From assembly GCA_017549745.1 (NCBI GenBank), contig JAFYUA010000240.1, positions 1 to 25,110 on the forward strand: a DNA stretch of 25,110 bases. The letters run 5' to 3'. Both the position numbers and the translations under genes were made by a program. The notes under the pieces were generated by a model, which saw nothing but the letters and a program-made list of their open reading frames with translations, was not told the origin of the DNA and searched no databases. This document shows positions 1-6,941 of this stretch, one piece after another (positions within the stretch are counted from its first letter, which is position 1; each line of letters starts with the position of its first letter). The stretch comes from Clostridia bacterium. Lineage in GTDB: Bacteria; Bacillota; Clostridia; UMGS1810.

Positions 1-290
1 ACACCGGGGAGCATGTTGGCGCCGATGCTATTGCACACTACCCTGTTGCCCCTCGACTCAAAAAGCGAGCAGAGGAGATTGTTGGTGGTGGTTTTGCCAT
101 TGGTGCCGCACACCATGACAATGGGGCCTTTGAGCTGCAGAGCCAAGCGGCGAAGCAGACCGGGGGAAATGCGCAGGGCAAAGCCGCCGGGTGCTGAGGT
201 GCTCATCTTGCCCGCCAGGCGCCCTGCCACTGTGAGAAGCTTGCACGCAATAATGGCGATAATATCTCTTAGTTTGTTCATGCTTATCAT
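1..290 (-). CDS. murT: MurT-like Mur ligase family protein (lipid II isoglutaminyl synthase subunit), N-terminal part; runs off the window start
   Basis: Not in the ORF track. Manual translation from ATG 290 (or ATG 281) gives MISMNKLRDIIAIIACKLLTVAGRLAGKMSTSAPGGFALRISPGLLRRLALQLKGPIVMVCGTNGKTTTNNLLCSLFESRGNRVVCNSIGANMLPG. It contains the Mur-ligase P-loop GTNGKTTT, the MurT-typical N-x2-GAN-x3-G motif and the upstream 'S-x-PG' motif. AAAGGA RBS upstream. Confidence 0.85.
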   Translation of the reverse strand, partial: MISMNKLRDIIAIIACKLLTVAGRLAGKMSTSAPGGFALRISPGLLRRLALQLKGPIVMVCGTNGKTTTNNLLCSLFESRGNRVVCNSIGANMLPG

Positions 291-313
291 ATCCTTTAAT
301 TTGTCTATTGTTA

Positions 314-760
314 TTATGCCGCGGGGAAGCCTGTGAGATACACAAGCAGGCAATCCACCAAAACACCTGAAGCAGAATAGATTATCCAGCGCACCGAGCT
401 ATGCAACGAGCATGCCACATATTTTTCCTTGTTGACCCAGCGGTGGAAAGGAATGAGCATAAACACCAATGCCACTGCATCGATTGCCAAAAGCGCTGCA
501 AAGTCACCTATGATAAGAAGCGAGAGGGTGTTGCCAAGGTCGGGAATCACAAGCCAGAAAAGAAGCTTGGCTACAGCACCTACAATCACACAAAACCTGA
601 AAATTACCTTGTATTCACCCAAAACACGCGATTCACCGCCTTTGTCACGAAGGTGGTCGGTTTTCATGCATTTGAAGCCTGTGTAGAATGCTACAAAGCT
701 GAGAGCAATTGATGTTACCACCAATGCAACCCTTACACAAAAGAATAAAAATGCCAGCAT
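314..760 (-). CDS. hypothetical multi-pass membrane protein (148 aa)
   Basis: ATG with AGAAAGAGG RBS, 17 nt downstream of the previous gene's stop. About four hydrophobic segments. No recognisable family. Confidence 0.7.
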   Translation of the reverse strand: MLAFLFFCVRVALVVTSIALSFVAFYTGFKCMKTDHLRDKGGESRVLGEYKVIFRFCVIVGAVAKLLFWLVIPDLGNTLSLLIIGDFAALLAIDAVALVFMLIPFHRWVNKEKYVACSLHSSVRWIIYSASGVLVDCLLVYLTGFPAA

Positions 761-777
761 ATATTTATACCTCTTTC

Positions 778-1440
778 TTAATTATTGTCAATATGGGCAA
801 AAGGGAGAGACTGTGCAAAATCGTTCCACTTTTCACGCAATTGGTCTATGCACTCCTCTGCCTTATCGGTCACAGGCTCAAAGAGCACTGCATACCTTTG
901 CTTAGCCTCGACTGCATTGGCTTTGAGAATATCTTTCTTTTCCTTTAGCTCCCCTACCTTGGTCTCATTGAGAGTGTTGGCAGGATTTTGAACTGCCGTG
1001 GCGATATTCCCTGCTGCAAGCTCAAGCTTTCGTGCACAGCTCTGACTAAAGCTTGAGCGCCTCAGATGACTCATCTGATGAGTATATGCAAGGATTCTCT
1101 CGTTGGCGGGGTTATGGATGCTCACCATGCACACCACAAACGATAGCCACCCAACAATAGGAAGCACAACGCGGCGGTTTTTGACGGCAAGCCTGAGAAG
1201 CTCAAGAAGATAGAGACCCAAAACCTTGACGATAACACCAAAGGTGAGTTCTTCTTCGTCTATGTAGTGACCTATGCGTTTGATAATGGGCTGCATATAG
1301 TTGATGTTGAGCTTGTTCCTGGCTTTTTTTAGCTCACTGCGATATATGCGCGTGCGCTCGCTCTGAGGCATTGGCGCATGGCACGCGCAGCACATTGGGT
1401 CGGCAAGATTATTAACTGTCTGACAGGTACAGGTCCACAT
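778..1440 (-). CDS. RanBP2-type zinc-finger membrane protein (220 aa)
   Basis: Strong RBS (GAGGAGGTG). The N-terminus WTCTCQTVNNLADPMCCAC fits W-x-C-x-C-x3-N-x6-C-x2-C. One or two central hydrophobic segments (TFGVIVKVLGLYLL, VVLPIVGWLSFVVCMVSI) and a charged helical C-terminus. Confidence 0.75.
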   Translation of the reverse strand: MWTCTCQTVNNLADPMCCACHAPMPQSERTRIYRSELKKARNKLNINYMQPIIKRIGHYIDEEELTFGVIVKVLGLYLLELLRLAVKNRRVVLPIVGWLSFVVCMVSIHNPANERILAYTHQMSHLRRSSFSQSCARKLELAAGNIATAVQNPANTLNETKVGELKEKKDILKANAVEAKQRYAVLFEPVTDKAEECIDQLREKWNDFAQSLPFAHIDNN

Positions 1441-2551
1441 CGGGTGTCACCTCCTCTTGGGTATTGATAGCGTGTATTTCTTTGGCATACACGCTCAGAT
1501 GAACATGCTCGGGGTGCATCATAAGCTTTGCGCCTTCACTGCCCTCGGGCACAATCTCATAGGTGGCAGGGTTTTTGCCACCGCGTGTGAACACATCACC
1601 GATTTTTGCCTTTTGTTCGGTGAGAGCATATTCACGCTCTATCTTTGAAAGCGGCTCAAAATCGGCATCGGGGCGCACAACGGGCGTGACAGTCCTTTTG
1701 CCAAAATCAAACGAAAGCCCCCTATTTTGCATCTCGGTATGCACTGATTCGCTTATGGCAACGGGATTCCAAAAGACCCTCTCTCTGCCCTGAACGGGGA
1801 AAAGAATGAACGGATGAGGAAGAAAGTCATAGCGTATCATAAACGCTTCGACATACAGAATCTCATCAACACAAGCACCGAGAATTTCCTCAATATTGCG
1901 GTCTATCATTTCTTTGCCCTTGTAGCGCACAAGCTCTGAGTCAAGATGGTCTTTGACCTCGTCGCTTAAATCGCGCCCGATGGAATCAACAGGCAAAAAG
2001 CGCTTGTAGCGGTCAGGGTTTTTTTGCCAATAGAACGAGTCGATACCCGTGGAATTCTGCCACAGCTCATGGCTGAGCAAGGTGCCTGTGATGGCTTCAA
2101 ACTGCACCTGCATCACTGTGTCGAACACCTGAATGTTTTTGCCGTCGGCAAGTGATTCGCGGCCTTTGTCGGTGAGTTCACCGCCAGAAATGTGCTGATA
2201 GGTGTTTTCCATGAGATTGATGATGTTTTGCACCATTTTCAAATCTATGCCGAGCATCTCGGATATGACCTCGGGCGAAGTGACAGAGGCAGCATAGAGC
2301 CTTAGTATGAATAGCTCGATGGAGTCATAGTCCACGCGGGTTCTCTCGCGCACATTGACCGATGCAGTGGCCACAGGGCAAAGGAAAGGATAGAAATATA
2401 AAACCTTGCCGTGAGCGCCAAAGTCTGCCATCTTCTTTTGCCACATGGCAAGATAGCCTGAACCGCGCTGAAGATATTGAAAACGATAGTCCTTTTGGGG
2501 TTCGGCAGCTTCGCCGTTTTGCTGATTTATGTTTTCAGTGTTCATAATCAC
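1412..2551 (-). CDS. helicase-associated protein with N-terminal winged-helix-like region (379 aa)
   Basis: The GTG start overlaps the helicase TGA stop (alternative ATG at 2545). The segment ELFILRLY...SPEVISEMLGIDLKMVQNIINLM...ELTDKGRESL is a wHTH-like pattern ending in the typical LT-x-KG wing motif. No HxKxxxxD (PLD) motif found on reading. Confidence 0.7.
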   Translation of the reverse strand: MIMNTENINQQNGEAAEPQKDYRFQYLQRGSGYLAMWQKKMADFGAHGKVLYFYPFLCPVATASVNVRERTRVDYDSIELFILRLYAASVTSPEVISEMLGIDLKMVQNIINLMENTYQHISGGELTDKGRESLADGKNIQVFDTVMQVQFEAITGTLLSHELWQNSTGIDSFYWQKNPDRYKRFLPVDSIGRDLSDEVKDHLDSELVRYKGKEMIDRNIEEILGACVDEILYVEAFMIRYDFLPHPFILFPVQGRERVFWNPVAISESVHTEMQNRGLSFDFGKRTVTPVVRPDADFEPLSKIEREYALTEQKAKIGDVFTRGGKNPATYEIVPEGSEGAKLMMHPEHVHLSVYAKEIHAINTQEEVTPDVDLYLSDS

Positions 2552-5500
2552 TCAAAATCCTTTGATTTGATATATTCACCATTACCTTTTTTGACCTCGG
2601 TGAGCAAAAAGCTCATGAAGTTTGAAAAGCTCTGGACAGAATTGTCAAGCTCGGGTGAGGTGAATTCTTCTTTTGAAGCGTTGTCTGACGAATCGGGTGA
2701 ACTCTGCTCTTTCTTTTTGGCAAAGCCGAAGATGGGCGGAGCAGTTATTGGGAGAGTGAAGCGCTTTTGGCTCTCTTCTTCCTCCTCTTGGTCATCTTCA
2801 TCATAGTCATAATCATCATCGAAGTCGTAGTCGTCATCATAATCGTCGGCTTCGTCATTGTTGGTTTCTTCGATATCGACATCATATACGACCTCATTGA
2901 ACTCTTCGCGTATCTCTTCGTCATCATCGTCAATAGCATCGGTACAGGTGGTCAAAAAGTCAAAATCACCTATGATGACAATCTGACTTTTACAACGCGA
3001 AAGTGCCACATTGAGACGCCTGAGCTCATTGAGAAAGCCGATTTCGTTGCGGTCATTGCTTCGGGTGCAGCTATAGATGATGATTTTGCGCTCCTGCCCC
3101 TGGAAGCTATCGAGAGTGGCAATCATGGCTTCGATGTTGGAGCGCGACAAATGCGGAAATTCCTTGCGCACAACAGACTGAATTTCCTCTTTCTGACGCT
3201 TGAGCGCCGAAATTATGCCGATGTCACCAAACTTAACCTTACAATCGGGTGACAAAATATCGATTTTTTGGAGCACTTTGGCTATGATGCGAGCTTCACA
3301 TGGGTTGTAGCGGCTCTTTTTGTTGCTCTCGCGGTCATATTCGGTGACCTCACGGCGCACATCATCTGATTGGTCGCTCGTGTCGATGATAACAAGCGGA
3401 CTTTTGAACACCTCGGGTAAGAGAAGCGGCATAACGCCCTTTTTCTTATCGCCTGTGGTGTGATATTTTTTGTTGTAGAACCAGGTGGAGATGATGTCGG
3501 CAACCTCCTCGGGCATACGGAACTGAGTGTTCAGAAGAACCTTGTTGCGCTCGGGCAGACCTTTTTGCTCAAAGAGATATTCAAAAAAGCTCTTTTTGAG
3601 AAGCGAGGTGTCGATGCCCTCGTTGTCACAATGCTCCAAAAGCTCGCGGTCCACACTCGGCGGAATCTGCTTGTGGTCGCCAAGCATGAGGGTGCGTGTG
3701 GCTCTGGACATGGGCACTATGGCATCGTGAATCTGAATCTGACCTGCTTCGTCGATGATGGCAACATCAAAATCCAGATCCTGAACATCACGATTGGTGT
3801 TGATGCCTATGCATGTGGCACCGACAACCGACAGGTGACTTGCCAGGAGATTGGTGAGCACTGTGTTGTCCTTTTCGGACACATTGGTGTGCCAGTCAGA
3901 AAGAACGGTGCGGATTTGCTTGGTTTTCTCTTCGAGGGTAACGATAGCCGAAGCAAAGTCTTCAAGCTCTGATTTATTGGTGGAGAACTTATATGTAATA
4001 TTATCAAACGGAAGATCTGTGGTGATGGTGATGTCGGGCTTTGAGGTAAGATATTCTTCGAGGTTTGCATATTCGGTTTTAACGCGGACAAAATCACCGT
4101 TGCCCAGCAAAGCGATGAGCTCAGCTATTGCAGTGTTGTATAGCCCAACTAATGCAGGAGAATTATCAGCAAGGCGGAAATCACGCAAATATCCCTCAAG
4201 ACGGGCATGCTCTTTTCGTATCCAGCGTGTTTCGCGCATATGAAAGAGTCTGGCAAGGAGATTCTTTCTGGCATCTTCCTGAAGATATATCGCCTTGGCG
4301 GCAAAGTCTTCTTTGGCTTTGGCAAGGTCAGCAAGCTGCTTTGCCACTCTAATTTCCTCGGCGGCAATCTCTGCACCAAGAGAAGCTGCTATGTTCAATT
4401 GTTCTTTTATCTTGGCATAGTAGTCTGCGAGCTGCTCTTTGAGCGAAAATACGCGAGCGAAATTTTCTTTTTCCTCTTTGATGATAGATGTGGCATTATC
4501 GATGAGTGCAAGGGTTGAAGAAATGATGCGATGCCATTTGTCGGAATTGGCAAGGATTTTGTCCTGCATCTTCTGATGCTGATTTTCCAGCATATATGGA
4601 ACCACATTTGCCTGAACCTTTTCGGCATTACCCACACGGGCAATGACAAGGTCTTTGAATTCGGGATATTCCTCCATATAGTCGGCAATTCTATCAAACG
4701 CATTGTCCACTGCTTTGTTGTTCTTTGAAGAAATCAGCACTCTTTTGCGCTGACGCATATAATAGAGCGCCCATTCTACTATAATTGTGGTTTTGCCTGT
4801 GCCCGGAGGTCCGAGAACAAGGGCAAGGTCTTTTGATTTGATGCCTGCCTCAATTGCTTTTTGCTGCATATCGTTAAGAAGCGGCGAACGCTCATTTCTA
4901 ATTTCGTCAATTATGGGCTCGGTGTCGATGGTGTCATCGAAAGGCTCGGTGTCGATGGCATCGGGGTTATTGAACGCCTTTAGCATATACATGGAATTGA
5001 CTTCGCCGTTTCGAAACTTTTCGACCACAAAGTCTCTCACAAGCTTCTGGCATTGGTTGGCAGCTTTGCGGATAATGCCGCCGCTTGCAGGAAGGGCGGC
5101 TTCACTGAACTGGTCCTTGAAGCTCACAACCATGATGCGGCTTGCATCTTGCAACTCTCCCGTTTCGGCTATTCTGCCGCGCATTTCACCAAAGCTCAGC
5201 GCCACAAAGACCTCACTGCCTGTGGTGTAGGCGTCGGTGTCATAATCTTCACACACAAATTCATAAAGATATCGCTTGCGTTTGTCGCCTGAGTGCTTGA
5301 CCGATTTGCGGCTATAGTATGTGATGGGGCGGGTGGCGTCGGCTTTTTCTTGCTCCATATCCTGCTCGGCTTTGGCATAGGCGGTCACCGTTTGCAGATA
5401 TTTTTCGTCAAAATATTCTGCATTAAATTCAAATTCTTCTTTATCGGTCTTTTCTGTTTCGGTGAGGACATATTCCTTGAGAGCTTCATAGCCGTCACGG

Positions 5501-5967
5501 GGCATGTTGTCATTGTAGCGGAGGTTATATTTTGCCTTCATCTTGTCGGCAAGCTGCAGTGGAGCAACATCATGTGCGCGCTGACCGTCAATTATGCGCG
5601 AAAAGATTATGCCCTGCTCTGATATATTGACAAGCTTTACATCATTTTCAATAAAAGCGCGCTTTTGCTTTATGCCAGCAGTGAAAATACCCACAATGCC
5701 CAGGTTGTGATTGTCGTCATCGAATTCAACTCTGACAATATATCCCTTTGCAAAAATATCACAATACACAAGACCGCTTGATGTTTTATCCACATTACCT
5801 ATTTCAAGTACGCGTGCTTCATTGAGAAGAAAGTCCCTTATTGTATATCCGCGCCGGTCCTCCTCTTGAAATTTGTCGGCAAAGGCAAAAAAGACAACAG
5901 GGCATGGTGCACTAAACCATACATTATTGTCGGAAATTTTCAGACCGTGTTTCAGCGCTTCTCCCAT
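2548..5967 (-). CDS. superfamily 1 helicase, Upf1/DNA2/NAM7-like (AAA_11/AAA_12), 1139 aa
   Basis: Q motif LNDMQQKAI, Walker A GPPGTGKT, motif Ia ISSKNNKAVDN, motif II IIDEAGQ, III LGDHKQIPP, IV QFRM, V TLDSFQGQE, VI RRLNVALSRCK. Long helical insertion between Ia and II and an acidic C-terminal tract. RBS AAGAGGTG. Confidence 0.93.
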   Translation of the reverse strand: MGEALKHGLKISDNNVWFSAPCPVVFFAFADKFQEEDRRGYTIRDFLLNEARVLEIGNVDKTSSGLVYCDIFAKGYIVRVEFDDDNHNLGIVGIFTAGIKQKRAFIENDVKLVNISEQGIIFSRIIDGQRAHDVAPLQLADKMKAKYNLRYNDNMPRDGYEALKEYVLTETEKTDKEEFEFNAEYFDEKYLQTVTAYAKAEQDMEQEKADATRPITYYSRKSVKHSGDKRKRYLYEFVCEDYDTDAYTTGSEVFVALSFGEMRGRIAETGELQDASRIMVVSFKDQFSEAALPASGGIIRKAANQCQKLVRDFVVEKFRNGEVNSMYMLKAFNNPDAIDTEPFDDTIDTEPIIDEIRNERSPLLNDMQQKAIEAGIKSKDLALVLGPPGTGKTTIIVEWALYYMRQRKRVLISSKNNKAVDNAFDRIADYMEEYPEFKDLVIARVGNAEKVQANVVPYMLENQHQKMQDKILANSDKWHRIISSTLALIDNATSIIKEEKENFARVFSLKEQLADYYAKIKEQLNIAASLGAEIAAEEIRVAKQLADLAKAKEDFAAKAIYLQEDARKNLLARLFHMRETRWIRKEHARLEGYLRDFRLADNSPALVGLYNTAIAELIALLGNGDFVRVKTEYANLEEYLTSKPDITITTDLPFDNITYKFSTNKSELEDFASAIVTLEEKTKQIRTVLSDWHTNVSEKDNTVLTNLLASHLSVVGATCIGINTNRDVQDLDFDVAIIDEAGQIQIHDAIVPMSRATRTLMLGDHKQIPPSVDRELLEHCDNEGIDTSLLKKSFFEYLFEQKGLPERNKVLLNTQFRMPEEVADIISTWFYNKKYHTTGDKKKGVMPLLLPEVFKSPLVIIDTSDQSDDVRREVTEYDRESNKKSRYNPCEARIIAKVLQKIDILSPDCKVKFGDIGIISALKRQKEEIQSVVRKEFPHLSRSNIEAMIATLDSFQGQERKIIIYSCTRSNDRNEIGFLNELRRLNVALSRCKSQIVIIGDFDFLTTCTDAIDDDDEEIREEFNEVVYDVDIEETNNDEADDYDDDYDFDDDYDYDEDDQEEEEESQKRFTLPITAPPIFGFAKKKEQSSPDSSDNASKEEFTSPELDNSVQSFSNFMSFLLTEVKKGNGEYIKSKDFE

Positions 5968-6101
5968 TTTATCACCTCTTTTTGCACAGGCAAGGTGCTG
6001 AGCGCTTCGAGTTCTTGCTCGCTAAGATTCAAAAACTCGCGGTCATATTCATCCAAAAGCTCAGCTATTGATTTTACCTGATTGTTTTCTTTAGCAGACA
6101 T
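5952..6101 (-). CDS. small protein (49 aa) between kinase and helicase
   Basis: ATG at 6101 preceded by GGAGGAG. Translation MSAKENNQVKSIAELLDEYDREFLNLSEQELEALSTLPVQKEVIKWEKR. It overlaps the kinase 3' end and the helicase start, filling the otherwise 106-nt gap. The track's longer start at 6152 lacks such an RBS. Confidence 0.6.
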   Translation of the reverse strand: MSAKENNQVKSIAELLDEYDREFLNLSEQELEALSTLPVQKEVIKWEKR

Positions 6102-6937
6102 TCTATCGCTCCTCCGTCGCGCAAGCGTTTTTTGGGGTTGTAGGCAAGGCACTGCCTGAGTATGTCATCAATCTGCCTCGGCACATTGGGATTGACCTTG
6201 GTGATGAGGGGAATGTTTTTCCACTCACCCGTTTGCTTGTCGAGCACCAGATCCTCTCCAAGCACAAGCCGTTTGCCGCAGAGTAGCTCATACATAATAA
6301 GCCCGAATGAAAACACATCCACTCTTGATGAATCGGCACTTCCTGAAAAAAGTGCGCTCTGCTCAGGCGACTGATAGCCGAGTGTGCCTGTGCCGCGCAT
6401 GGTGCGCGAAGCGGATATACCAAAATCGACAAGGTAGATTCTCTCGTGAGGATATGTGCCCTTTATGATAATGTTTTGCGGTTTGAGGTCTTTGTGCTGA
6501 GTGTAGTCACCCATACCCGGGATTTTGCGGTGAATGCTCCTTAGAACTCCTGCAATGGAGGCAAGGCGCCTGAGATTTTTGAAGGTGGTCTCGCGTTCGA
6601 GCACATATTGACTGTCAGCGTCTATTTTTTTGGCAAGGGTGTCACCCTCTATGTATTGCATGACAATGTAGAGGCGTGTGCCGCGATAGTAGCTATAGTA
6701 TATCACGGGAATGTTGGCATCGTGCGACTCCAATTTTGCGAGCACATTGACTTCATTCATATATGCCCTCAGAGCAGTCTGATTGGCGGCATCGATGACC
6801 TTGATGCCCACCACTCTGCCTGTGCCGACCTCGCACGCCTTGTAGAAAGCAGTTTTGTTCTCAGCCGATTCATACACTGTGCTCTGAATTATATATTTAT
6901 AATCTTTGTGGATTGAAACCTCATTGCTTTGCTGCAT
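6074..6937 (-). CDS. Hanks-type Ser/Thr protein kinase, stand-alone catalytic domain (287 aa)
   Basis: VVGIK lysine, alphaC Glu (NEVNVL), catalytic loop HKDLKPQN, DFG, GTLGYQSPEQ, DVFSFG and R of PKKR. No TM or PASTA domains. Starts 4 nt after the upstream stop. Confidence 0.92.
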   Translation of the reverse strand: MQQSNEVSIHKDYKYIIQSTVYESAENKTAFYKACEVGTGRVVGIKVIDAANQTALRAYMNEVNVLAKLESHDANIPVIYYSYYRGTRLYIVMQYIEGDTLAKKIDADSQYVLERETTFKNLRRLASIAGVLRSIHRKIPGMGDYTQHKDLKPQNIIIKGTYPHERIYLVDFGISASRTMRGTGTLGYQSPEQSALFSGSADSSRVDVFSFGLIMYELLCGKRLVLGEDLVLDKQTGEWKNIPLITKVNPNVPRQIDDILRQCLAYNPKKRLRDGGAIECLLKKTIR

Positions 6938-6941
6938 ATTT

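Noticed and set aside
13-366. Track ORFs 13..336 (+) and 58..366 (-)
   Set aside because: They overlap the real murT frame, which has clear family motifs; shadow ORFs.
2745-3252. ORFs 2745..2939 (-) and 2767..3252 (+) with Met/Thr-rich or Ile/Val-rich, TM-looking sequence
   Set aside because: They are alternative-frame and antisense read-outs of the GAT/GAC/GAA-rich acidic tract of the helicase; no RBS or independent support.
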